From NCBI RefSeq assembly GCF_964355755.1, contig NC_092679.1, positions 12,259,432 to 12,323,431 on the forward strand: DNA of 64,000 nt, in the 5' to 3' direction. Positions 51,313-64,000 of the stretch are shown here, piece after piece. The stretch's first letter is position 1; every line of letters starts with the position of its first letter. The position numbers and the translations under genes are program-made. The stretch is from Antedon mediterranea (taxonomy: Eukaryota > Animalia > Echinodermata). Below the pieces are notes generated by a model. The model was not told the origin of the DNA. It made no database searches and worked only from the letters and a program-made list of their open reading frames with translations.

Positions 51313-51513
51313 AGTCAACTACAATGGCGATTGGTACGACCACACACGAGGCATCAGCAGTAAGTGAATTTGACACGTCCAACACGAACGGTCTTGCATT
51401 ACGATCGACAACCATTACACATACATCAACTACAGAATCAACGGCGAATGCTAAGACAACACCGATAAGTACAACTATAATACAAAATTCACCAACGACA
51501 GAGTTAACTAATG
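51313..51513 (+). CDS. Thr/Ser-rich mucin-like exon, copy 1
   Basis: Poly-T-CTGCAG acceptor; ESTTMAIGTTTHEASA...SPTTELTN; 201 bp, phase 1-1; the donor GTACAG is weak. Confidence 0.6.
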
Positions 51514-54500
51514 GTACAGCCATAATATGGCAAATTGTTTTATCATTTACTTCTGAATTAAACTTTAAGGCAATTGGTTGCAACTTAAGTCCAATATAGG
51601 CCTATTCGACTTAATATGCAATATATCACAATCATGTCATTAGCACAAATGCATAGATTAAGATATCGGACAAACTGAAAATGTAATCTGGCATCACATG
51701 CATATATTCAGTTTATATTAAAAAATATTTAATGATATTTACCAGGATTTAATTAGTATAGATAGAGATAGCCACATGCGATGGTAAAATAGACCTAACT
51801 AGAATAGCTAAATTACGTACATTTCCTGTTGTTAATATTCATTGTCGTTGCAATGTAAAACAAGAATATTTCTTACAAAAAACGCTGCTCGCTTATTGTT
51901 ATTGCTAAGGTCAAGTCTGGGGGTCACTTCAAGTATCCTATTACAAAAAAAAACTTCAATGGACTGTTTTGATAATAATTCAATGATTATCTGACAGCGA
52001 ATTATAGTAATATCATGGGACTCATAAATACCAGAAATGCTTTGGGATTTGTCGACTCTTTTCCCAGCCGTATTTTGGATTCAACAGGTGAAATTATAGT
52101 GGAGTTTCCATTTTAACAAAAATGTCAAAGTGTAGTACTATAAAGCTGCTTGATTTCATCTAATGAATGAGTCATCTCGTGTGACGTAGCGGGCTAGAGC
52201 AGCAGGGTGAAAAATACTTTTACTTCTATCAAGTTTAATCATCACTGTTCCGACGTACGCAAAGCAGAAAACGATGTGTAATAATATGTACGATAAACGG
52301 CAATATGCTAACGTCGTCGGCTCTAATTAATTAACCAATAATTAATATAATTAATAATATATAATAATAATAATTATTATTATTATTATAAAGTGCTTTA
52401 AGAATACGATTTATTTTATCGGAAGAAACAATTGAGGAAAATATATAATTATTAAGAATTAGAATGTTGTAAGATGTAAATGAAACACTGGTAAACAAAT
52501 GTTAATAGAAATGCGTGCGTTTGTTTTTGCGTGTAAAATTTTACCTAATAAAATGAACTTGAAATATTAGTAAAACACCACTACTCAAGAGAAGATGCTA
52601 AGGCATTGAAGAATTTATTTTTTAGATATGTTTCTGAACAGGCTCAGAATGAATTTCTGACTGTGTGCGTCATGAGAAGGTACATGGAAAACCCCGTCAT
52701 ATGGGTCGTTGATTTGTCCGTAGTCATTGCATTTTGCCGGGGATTCCCCATCATTTAAGTATTTCCGTAGTACCCTATTTATTTATCTTCATTTCCCTAC
52801 GTCCGTAATATTGGGCCAAATTTCCGTAGTAATTACGGGCGTTCCGAACTTTGAAATAACAGTGTTTAATTGCTTCTTTCTGCAAATTTCTTTCATATTT
52901 TCTTTTCTGGAGTGTTGCTAATAGGCCTAGTAATTAGTTTGGGGACTTCCTCTGACGTTCGTATTGAACGCAACACAAATGTTATCCTTAGTCGCATTTT
53001 TATCCGAATTATTACTCATTTTGTTTGTATATTATTGACATGATATGATATGTTCATTTATTCTGTGCATGTTAAAATATGTTAAATGCATACGGTATCG
53101 CCGCAAATTACTCAATTATTATTTTTATGTTGAGTCTGATATGTTCGTTTTATTTATGCACATGTGTTCTTAAGACCTAAGCTCCATGATAAAACATTGA
53201 ATTACTCCTGTATTGTATTAAAAACTAATCAAATGAAGACGACAAAGTTTTATTAATTTATTTTTTTTATCACTAATTTTCTTCTTGATTCTGCTTCTAT
53301 TGATGTGTGAGTTCCTGATATTCCTCTTTACACCTAAGCAATGGAAGGAAAAACGTTTTAATTAAATTTCTTTTTTTTTTTCTTAGCATTTCTTTTTTCA
53401 TAGCCAAACTATTAATACGCCGTCTGTACTAAGAGAGTATTTAAACTGTGTCACTGATAGTTAAATTTGTTTTTCGCCAAGACTCCATGATACAACTAAA
53501 CTGGAATGGAAACAACAAATCTAATAAATGCAAATTGTAGTGGAATAACGTTAAGAATGATAACACTGTAATGGTAGTAATAGTCATAAAAAATACTATA
53601 CAACAAAGCATGAGATGCGATAACTAGGCCTAATAGCAAAAACAATAGCACGGTCTAAAATATGCGTGAATGGCGCGGCGCGCCATAGAAATCTGTTGTG
53701 GCCGAAACTGTCTGTGGCCGAAACGGTCATATTTCGTTAGTATTAGGGTAGGCCTAGGCGTTTTAGCCTTGCTAGGCCTAGGATTGTTTGGTTGTTTGTT
53801 GACATAATTAAAGATGTATTTTCCCTTGAAACACAAAAAATGAAGGTCAAATATTCTAAATTTAAATTGGCCATATTAAAATAATATTAAAGTTATTCAG
53901 TTAAAGTCGAAAATTCGACCCAAAAACCTAACCTAATTAACAGGTAAATTAATTTGATTGCATTTCGTCTGGAAAATTTTCGCGAGTGAAAGTAACCAAA
54001 GATTTCAAACCACGAGTATGCATTATGCATGATGCTAATTAGGATTTTTTACAACTCACAACAGTTGACAAGGTGTTTAATAATTTAAATGTTAAAGTAG
54101 TAATAATAACTGATCTAACCCCGGCAAATACTAGTAATCTGACGTGAACCAAAAACAAAAACGAATAGCACATATTAATTGTTACTATTTTCAATGACAG
54201 CTCAATCATCCCAGAGAATGTCGTGCAACAGACAAATAAAATATCTCTATACGAGCACGTTAAAAATGACAATAATTATGCATACATTAAGTGCCCAAAA
54301 GTGCTGACAAATTTCTTTTCCATCCCTTTTTAAAATGCAAATACTCTTTAGAATGGAAGATGACCTCAAAATGTGTAACTTATTACGAAAGCCAATGAGT
54401 TGTAAATATGAATTCATGTGCATATTAGACGTACAAAATGGTATGACGTCACCATTTGGCCACATGAATTTTTAAAATAGAGTTTTTTCACCTTTTGTCA

Positions 54501-55110
54501 TAGATAATCACCTTCAAGAGTGCATTTCGCTTATCTGTGCTCAATTTTCGCTCAAATTTTATTATATGCTTGCTAAAACAATTATCTTATTCTCTTTTTA
54601 TCAGTAAAATTATGAAAATGGTGTCTTATAATTCGTCAAAGTAACAAATATTAAATTCTACTTATTTTTTGGATTTGTGTTTTACGTGACAATGTTTGAC
54701 TTCTTGTAAAAATCCACTATTAATGGTATTTTTCTTCTTGTTATTTTCTATGCAACAATAGAAATAATTGTTTATAAAATTTCATCAATGTTTCCTTTAT
54801 AGACAGGGATAATCTTTGCAATTTTTATTTTATCGAGAAAAATACCAGACTCAAAAGAAATATTTTTATTATGTGAGTTAGTGTCCCGCGACGCTGGAAA
54901 CAAAGCTTTTTCCAGCCTCCTGCGTAAATGGTTCGTGCTTGGTACGTTTTGATCATTAGTTTTCTCCTTAAAGAAGAGATCCCCTCAAACTTTTATTATG
55001 TTTAGAAAAGTTTAATTAAAGTGATTATACAAAAAAAAAAGGAAAAATATGGCAATATATTTAATAATATGGAAATAGTGCTTTTTAATATATTACATTT
55101 TTTTCTGCAG

Positions 55111-55311
55111 AGTCAACTACAATGGCGATTGGTACGACCACACACGAGGCATCAGCAGTAAGTGAATTTGACACGTCCAACACGAACGGTCTTGCATTAC
55201 GATCGACAACCATTACACATACATCAACTACAGAATCAACGGCGAATGCTAAGACAACACCGATAAGTACAACTATAATACAACATTCACCAACGACAGA
55301 GTTAACTAATG
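55111..55311 (+). CDS. Thr/Ser-rich mucin-like exon, copy 2
   Basis: Near-identical duplicate (N->H change). Confidence 0.55.
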
Positions 55312-56889
55312 GTACAGCCATAATATGGCAAATTGTTTTATCATTTACTTCTGAATTAAACTTTAAGGCAATTGGTTGCAACTTAAGTCCAATATAGGCC
55401 TATTCGACTTAATATGCAATATATCACAATCATGTCATTAGCACAAATGCATAGATTAAGATATCGGACAAACTGAAAATGTAATCTGGCATCACATGCA
55501 TATATTCAGTTTATATTAAAAAATATTTAATGATATTTACCAGGATTTAATTAGTATAGATAGAGATAGCCACATGCGATGGTAAAATAGACCTAACTAG
55601 AATAGCTAAATTACGTACATTTCCTGTTTTTAATATTCATTGTCGTTGCAATGTAAAACAAGAATATTTCTTACAAAAAACGCTGCTCGCTTATTGTTAT
55701 TGCTAAGGTCAAGTCTGGGGGTCACTTCAAGTATCCTATTACAAACAAAAACTTCAATGGACTGTTTTGATAATAATTCAATGATTATCTGACAGCGAAT
55801 TATAGTAATATCATGGGACTCATAAATACCAGAAATGCTTTGGGATTTGTCGACTCTTTTCCCAGCCGTTTTTTGGATTCAACAGGTGAAATTATAGTGG
55901 AGTTTCCATTTTAACAAAAATGTCAAAGTGTAGTACTATAAAGCTGCTTGATTTCATCTAATGAATGAGTCATCTCGTGTGACGTAGCGGGCTAGAGCAG
56001 CAGGGTGAAAAATACTTTTACTTCTATCAAGTTTAATCATCACTGTTCCGACGTACGCAAAGCAGAAAACGATGTGTAATAATATGTACGATAAACGGCA
56101 ATATGCTAACGTCGTCGGCTCTAATTAATTAACCAATAATTAATATAATTAATAATATATAATAATAATTATTATTATTATTATTATAAAGTGCTTTAAG
56201 AATACGATTTATTTTATCCGAAGAAACAATTGAGGAAAATATATAATTATTAAGAATTAGAATGTTGTAAGATGTAAATGAAACACTGGTAAACAAATGG
56301 TAATAGAAATGCGTGCGTTTGTTTTTGCGTGTAAAGTTTTACCTAATAAAATGAACTTGAAATATTAGTAAAACACCACTACTCAAGAGAAGATGCTAAG
56401 GCATTGAAGAATTTATTTTTTAGATATGTTTCTGAACAGGCTCAGAATGAATTTCTGACTGTGTGCGTCATGAGAAGGTACATGGAAAACCCCGTCATAT
56501 GGGTCGTTGATTTGTCCGTAGTCATTGCATTTTGCCGGGGATTCCCCATCATTTAAGTATTTCCGTAGTAACCTATTTATTTATCTTCATTTCCCTACGT
56601 CCGTAATATTGGGCCAAATTTCCGTAGTAATTACGGGCGTTCCGAACTTTGAAATAACAGTGTTTAATTGCTTCTTTCTGCAAATTTCTTTCATATTTTC
56701 TTTTCTGGAGTGTTGATAATAGGCCTAGTAATTAGTTTGGGGACTTACTCTGACGTTCGTATTGAACGCAACACAAATGTTATCCTTAGTCGCATTTTTA
56801 TCGAATTATTACTCATTTTGTTTGTATATTATTGACATGATATGATATGTTCATTTATTCTGTGCATGTTAAAATATGTTAAATGCATA

Positions 56890-57260
56890 TGGGTACCATA
56901 TGGGATTCATCTTGTTTTGCACCCGATACCCATGTGGGTCCCATATTGAGTGGCCTATCCCAGAACCCACATGGGGCCCATATCCGAAGACTTCATGGGC
57001 AAATTATGTGTTGCCCATATGGGATTTTAACAGTTTTGCACCCAAGCCCCATGTGGGTCCAATCTTGGTGAGCCCATTCCAAACAAAACCCATATGGGGC
57101 CCATATCTGAAAACAAATGGGTATCATAATTGGTTGCCAATATTGGATTCTTCTGGTTTTGCTCCCAGTACCCATGTGGGTCCCATCTTAGGAAGCCCAT
57201 CCCATACAAAACCCATATGGGCCCCATATCCAGAAACGTATGGGCATTGCAATGGGCTAT
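56890..57260. repeat. ~120-bp CCCAT/ATGGG-rich tandem repeats (transposon-internal type)
   Basis: CCCATGTGGGTCC..AACCCATATGGGGCCC recurs three times. Confidence 0.7.
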
Positions 57261-58699
57261 CGAAATGTAAAAGAATCCACAGATGCACAACTTACACATA
57301 CAGGACAATTATAAATACTGTTATGGATTTATTATTTATAATTTGCGTGACAAAGGCTACTGGAAATAGCTGAAGTGAGTACTTGATGAGTGATTTATAG
57401 AAAGTTAAATTCTTTACAACAACAAAAATACTAAATGATCTATAAATAATGAAAAATTTGACAATGTTCAACATGAATCTGTAGCGTTTAAACCAAGCGT
57501 CGTAAAGTTTATCTACGGGTTTTATTTCGGGCTTATCAAGCCTTCCATCGCGCCCCATCAGTACTTCTTTGCCTTCTACAAAATTTTCACTTTGTCATTT
57601 GTTGCCACAATATTTGATTTTGGGTTCCTGAAAAAAGAAACAAAAATGTAAACTCAATTATTTACGTATCTTAGATTGCCAAATTTGTAAACAAAACACT
57701 GTTGAGGACAGATTTATTTCGATCGATTATGATATTTTTAATAATGATTTAAAAAATAAATATATTCCAAGATTTATTTATGTTACCCTCCTATTAACAA
57801 GTTAATATGTTTATATGTTAATATTGTTTTATTATTTTCTATAATTTAGAAAAACAATGTCCACCTTGCTTTTGAAAGAAGAAATAATTATGAAATTTGA
57901 ATTATAGTATTATAAGTGTACATGAATACGTTCCTTAATAATTGAAAGAAGACTAATATATAATTCAGATAATTCAGATAATATTTATTTAGATATGAAT
58001 GAATAATACAAAATAGAAAAAAGATATTAAAGTGAACCTAGATAAAGCAGTAATTGGTAGTCATTATTATCATGGATCCCTTCTAGAAGTTAAAAACTTG
58101 TCTCGTAGGGATCCACAACAAAACACATTACTAAAAAAATAAAATAAACCTAGAATATATAATTACATAATTTAGGATAAGAAATTACAGTATAATAACA
58201 TATAACTAACATCTTCTTTATAAAAATTATTTAAATTATGTGATTTAAACGCACTTACCGATGTTAGATTATACAGGCATCTTATTTTTTCTGAAATTTC
58301 TTTCCAGTCCGATTGATTTTTGTTAGCTAGTGCTACAATGTTATTGTACTGGCTATCTCGGCTACATAATACGAGCCTATGATCTGAAAATGTGTTAAAT
58401 AGAAATATAACTTAAGATGATTTTTATATAATAATTATACACAAAACATGGACCTCCGACATTTTATAATCTGCTAGCCATGGCCTAGCCTGCTTCTTAA
58501 ACATACATGCTGCACACATGCATTTAATGCCTAAAATAATATTGTAATTAAAAGCTTTACATTGTTACATTACCGGCCGTATTATATAATAATAAATAGA
58601 AGAGTATTCAAATTAATAACTTACCTTACATCTTGTTGCACTATAGTTTACTTTTGAAGACATAATTAGGCTTTCCAGCTTAAATTTCGTTTATCTCTT

Positions 58700-58890
58700 A
58701 GTTTTAAATAAAGATATCTTAGTTTTTAATAATAGAGATATCTCTATTAATAGAGATCTCGATTAATAGAGATATCTCTATTAAAAACTAAGATATCTTA
58801 GTTTTAAATAGAGATATCTTAGTTTTTAATAGAGATACCTTAGTTTTAAATAAAGATATGTCTATTAATTAGTTTTAAAGATATCTTTAT
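58700..58890. repeat. Quasi-palindromic AGATATCT/AATAGAGA minisatellite
   Basis: Direct and inverted copies of TAATAGAGATATCT(TAGTTTT). Confidence 0.7.
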
Positions 58891-60610
58891 TTCTGAATAA
58901 ATGACAGCTTGGCGCGCCATACTCTACTGTTAGATATATAAACACATAATATACAAATAAACTTTATTACTGACAGTTGCAACGTTTTAATTAATAATCA
59001 TAAAAAATATAAACGTTGTAGTGATGTATCGTTACAAAGTTTACAATTTCAATCTACTATAACAGAGACAGTTTTAATAATGTATTAAATCGCAAATGTT
59101 TTGCTGTATTTAGTGGTATGTTATTTATGGTTTATGGTTTTATGGTTTTAAATTTATATAGCGCAAAATACAAATATAGTCTCTATGCGCTGTTTAGCAC
59201 AAGTGTGAAAATGAAAAAATGTTGATGTAAAATAAACCATGAAATAGCCTAAAAACCGAATAAATTGACCAAGACAACAGAAAAAGTCCGAAAACGGAAT
59301 CTCACATCACCTATCACCACACTGTTTCACTAACTTGTCAAGACATGTGTAATGGTGATGTGAGCATCTGACTATCCTGCCTAACAAACAATAAAATTAA
59401 TAAAATGTATATTTATAGGCCTATAAAACATGAAACAATATTTCGTTACTAAAAGTAGAGCAGTTAATGCCAGGAGGTGTGCATGAAACTTGGCACAACA
59501 TTTCTTTGATGTATATAGATTCAAAATATCGGGGGTGCCAAAGTGTCCAATGTCCGGTATGGCGGCCATCTTGATTTCAAAATGGCCACCACAAAAACAA
59601 AAAAAAATGTTCATATCTTGGTAACTATACACATTAGAGAATTAACTGGTCTCAAATTGTTCACAAACTATATATTTCTATTTGCTCTAATAAAAAATTT
59701 CGTCCAAAAATTAAAAAAAAATTTCTTTCAGTTTGACCATTGACCTCGTATTTGTATATTATCTCTATAACTACTGGTCATTTTCAATCGATTTTGGTGT
59801 CATTTTGTTCAGAATAAATACATTTATATTTGTAGTAATGAAACGTTTTCACATAAAATGACCGGAAATACAATTTATGACCGTTGACGCCAATTATGAA
59901 CACACTGTATGTGGTTGACATTGGTATAAATGCACCTAATTTGACTACATAAATTATATTGTCTATTTATTCGTTTATGAAAACGACAATGTATTATCCT
60001 GCGATACGTACATTTGAAATCACAAGTTTTTTTACGCTGGAATTACTGTGTATTTGAGAACCATGTGTGGAGAGGGCGCGAGAAGCGAGCGTACCATCTA
60101 GTATCTTTAATTAGTTTAAGTGCGGCGTGTGAGGTCAGGTGTTTAGCACGAAACCCATATTGGTGGGTGTTTAAAATTTAAAATTTGGTTCGATAGTCAT
60201 TATATATAGACTATTATGCATTGCCTTTTCAAAGATTTTTGAAAATACAGGTAACACTGATATCGGGCGGTAATTTATAATTTCATCAATGTTTCCTTTA
60301 TAGACAGGGATAATCTTTGCAATTTTTATTTTATCGAGAAAAATACCAGACTCAAAAGAAATATTTTTATTATGTGAGTTAGTGTCCCGCGACGCTGGAA
60401 ACAAAGCTTTTTCTAGCCTCCTGCGTAAATGGTTCGTGCTTGGTACGTTTTGATCATTAGTTTTCTCCTTAAAGAAGAGCTCCCCTCAAACTTTTATTAT
60501 GTTTAGATAAGTTTAATTAAAGTGATTATACAAAAAAAAAGGAAAAATATGGCAATATATTTAATAATATGGAAATAGTGCTTTTTAATATATTACATTT
60601 TTTTCTGCAG

Positions 60611-60811
60611 AGTCAACTACAATGGCGATTGGTACGACCACACACGAGGCATCAGCAGTAAGTGAATTTGACACGTCCAACACGAACGGTCTTGCATTAC
60701 GATCGACAACCATTACACATACATCAACTACAGAGTCAACGGCGAATGCTAAGACAACACCGATAAGTACAACTATAATCCAAAATTCACCAACGACAGA
60801 GTTAACTAATG
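60611..60811 (+). CDS. Thr/Ser-rich mucin-like exon, copy 3
   Basis: Near-identical duplicate (synonymous changes only). Confidence 0.55.
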
Positions 60812-63800
60812 GTACAGCCATAATATGGCAAATTGTTTTATCATTTACTTCTGAATTAAACTTTAAGGCAATTGGTTGCAACTTAAGTCCAATATAGGCC
60901 TATTCGACTTAATATGCAATATATCACAATCATGTCATTAGCACAAATGCATAGATTAAGATATCGGACAAACTGAAAATGTAATCTGGCATCACATGCA
61001 TATATTCAGTTTATATTAATAAATATTTAATGATATTTACCAGGATTTAATTAGTATAGATAAAGATAGCCACATGCGATGGTAAAATAGACCTAACTAG
61101 AATAGCTAAATTACGTACATTTCCTGTTTTTAATATTCATTGTCGTTGCAATGTAAAACAAGAATATTTCTTACAAAAAACGCTGCTCGCTTATTGTTAT
61201 TGCTAAGGTCAAGTCTGGGGGTCACTTCAAGTATCCTATTACAAACAAAAACTTCAATGGACTGTTTTGATAATAATTCAATGATTATCTGACAGCGAAT
61301 TATAGTAATATCATGGGACTCATAAATACCAGAAATGCTTTGGGATTTGTCGACTCTTTTCCCAGCCGTTTTTTGGATTCAACAGGTGAAATTATAGTGG
61401 AGTTTCCATTTTAACAAAAATGTCAAAGTGTAGTACTATAAAGCTGCTTGATTTCATCTAATGAATGAGTCATCTCGTGTGACGTAGCGGGCTAGAGCAG
61501 CAGGGTGAAAAATACTTTTACTTCTATCAAGTTTAATCATCACTGTTCCGACGTACGCAAAGCAGAAAACGATGTGTAATAATATGTACGATAAACGGCA
61601 ATATGCTAACGTCGTCGGCTCTAATTAATTAACCAATAATTAATATAATTAATAATATATAATAATAATAATTATTATTATTATTATAAAGTGCTTTAAG
61701 AATACGATTTATTTTATCGGAAGAAACAATTGAGGAAAATATATAATTATTAAGAATTAGAATGTTGTAAGATGTAAATGAAACACTGGTAAACAAATGT
61801 TAATAGAAATGCGTGCGTTTGTTTTTGCGTGTAAAATTTTACCTAATAAAATGAACTTGAAATATTAGTAAAACACCACTACTCAAGAGAAGATGCTAAG
61901 GCATTGAAGAATTTATTTTTTAGATATGTTTCTGAACAGGTTCAGAATGAATTTCTGACTGTGTGCGTCATGAGAAGGTACATGGAAAACCCCGTCATAT
62001 GGGTCGTTGATTTGTCCGTAGTCATTGCATTTTGCCGGGGATTCCCCATCATTTAAGTATTTCCGTAGTACCCTATTTATTTATCTTCATTTCCCTACGT
62101 CCGTAATATTGGGCCAAATTTCCGTAGTAATTACGGGCGTTCCGAACTTTGAAATAACAGTGTTTAATTGCTTCTTTCTGCAAATTTCTTTCATATTTTC
62201 TTTTCTGGAGTGTTGATAATAGGCCTAGTAATTAGTTTGGGGACTTCCTCTGACGTTCGTATTGAACGCAACACAAATGTTATCCTTAGTCGCATTTTTA
62301 TCCGAATTATTACTCATTTTGTTTGTATATTATTGACATGATATGATATGTTCATTTATTCTGTGCATGTTAAAATATGTTAAATGCATACGGTATCGCC
62401 GCAAATTACTCAATTATTATTTTTATGTTGAGTCTGATATGTTCGTTTTATTTATGCACATGTGTTCTTAAGACCTAAGCTCCATGATAAAGCATTGAAT
62501 TACTCCTGTATTGTATTAAAAACTAATCAAATGAAGACGAAAAAGTTTTATTAAATTTATTTTTTTTTATCACTAATTTTCTTCTTGATTCTGCTTCTAT
62601 TGATGTGTGAGTTCCTGATATTCCTCTTTACACCTAAGCAATGGAAGGAAAAACGTTTTAATTAAATTTCTTTTTTTTTCTTAGCATTTCTTTTTTCATA
62701 GCCAAACTATTAATACGCCGTCTGTACTAAGAGAGTATTTAAACTGTGTCACTGATAGTTGAATTTGTTTTTCGCCAAGACTCCATGATACAACTAAACT
62801 GGAATGGAAACAACAAATCTAATAAATGCAAATTGTAGTGGAATAACGTTAAGAATGATAACACTGTAATGGTAGTAATAGTCATAAAACATACTATACA
62901 ACAAAGCATGAGATGCGATAACTAATAGCAAAAACAATAGCACGGTCTAAAATACGCGTGAATGGCGGCGCGGCGCGCCATAGAAATCTATTGTGGCCGA
63001 AACTGTCTGTGGCCGAAACGGTCATATGCCGTTAGTATTAGGGTAGGCCTAGGCGTTATAGCCTTGCTAGGCCTAGGATTGTTTGGTTGTTTGTTGACAT
63101 AATTAAAGATGTATTTTCCCTTGAAACACAAAAAATGAAGGTCAAATATTATAAATTTAAATTGGCCATATTAAAATAATATTAAAGTTATTCAGTTAAA
63201 GTCGAAAATTCGACCCAAAAACCTAACCTAATTAACAGGTAAATTAATTTGATTGCATTTCGTCTGGAAAATTTTCGCGAGCGAAAGTAACCAAAGATTT
63301 CAAACCACGAGTATGCATTATGCATGATGCTAATTAGGATTTTTTACAACTCACAACAGTTGACAAGGTGTTTAATAATTTAAATGTTAAAGTAGTAATA
63401 ATAACTAATCTAACCCCGGCAAATACTAGTAATCTGACGTGAACCAAAAACAAAAACGAATAGCACATATTAATTGTTACTATTTTCAATGACAGCTCAA
63501 TCATCCCAGAGAATGTCGTGCAACAGACAAATAAAATATCTCTATACGAGCACGTTAAAAATGACAATATGCACACATTAAGTGCCCAAAAGTGCTGACA
63601 AATTTCTTTTCCATCCCTTTTTAAAATGCAAATACTCTTTAGAATGGAAGATGACCTCAAAATGTGTAACTTATTACGAAAGCCAATGAGTTGTAAATAT
63701 GAATTCATGTGCATATTAGACGTACAAAATGGTATGACGTCACCATTTGGCCACATGAATTTTTAAAATAGAGTTTTTTCACCTTTTGTCATAGATAATC

Positions 63801-64000
63801 ACCTTCAAGAGTGCATTTCGCTAATCTGTGCTCAATTTTCGCTCAAATTTTATTATATGCTTGCTAAAACAATTATCTTATTCTCTTTTTATCAGTAAAA
63901 TTATGAAAATGGTGTCTTATAATTCGTCAAAGTAACAAATATTAAATTCTACTTATTTTTTGGTTTTGTGTTTTACGTGACAATGTTTGACTTCTTGTAA

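Larger units (their letters stand above)
50799..64000 (+). repeat. Segmental triplication: ~50799-54776, ~54777-56889 (truncated), ~60098-64000+
   Basis: Near-identical blocks; matching ORFs offset by 3798 and 5500 bp. Confidence 0.95.

Noticed and set aside
56876-57373. 165-aa Pro/Gly/Trp-rich ORF
   Set aside because: Arises from the ~120-bp CCCAT/ATGGG tandem repeat; open on both strands.

Overview
AT-rich, intron-containing animal genomic DNA (probably a marine invertebrate; frequent TAGGCCTA hints at an echinoderm, but this is a weak inference), mostly transposon-derived. From left to right: (1) three spliced exons of a divergent SLU7-like fragment with a triplicated 20-aa motif; (2) a ~21 kb array (2026-23166) of two related non-autonomous Helentron/DINE-1-like (HINE) families that are joined head-to-tail and also nested in each other's (AAT/AATA)n tracts, so their displaced ends are stacked at the right border, with an intact 2-ORF CR1-type LINE inside; (3) two terminal exons of an EAR/EPTP-repeat-like protein; (4) nested non-autonomous DNA transposons (Kolobok-, P-, hAT- and MULE-like) and LINE relics; (5) a young BEL/Pao LTR element with 283-bp LTRs and a 5-bp TSD that has Gag fused to a long coiled coil, no pol, and a primer-binding site complementary to its own LTR; (6) symmetric phase-1 exons encoding tandem death-effector-like domains, a TM helix and a Thr/Ser-rich exon triplicated by segmental duplication. 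All calls come from reading the sequence by eye. No database searches were run, and the boundaries of degraded elements are approximate.
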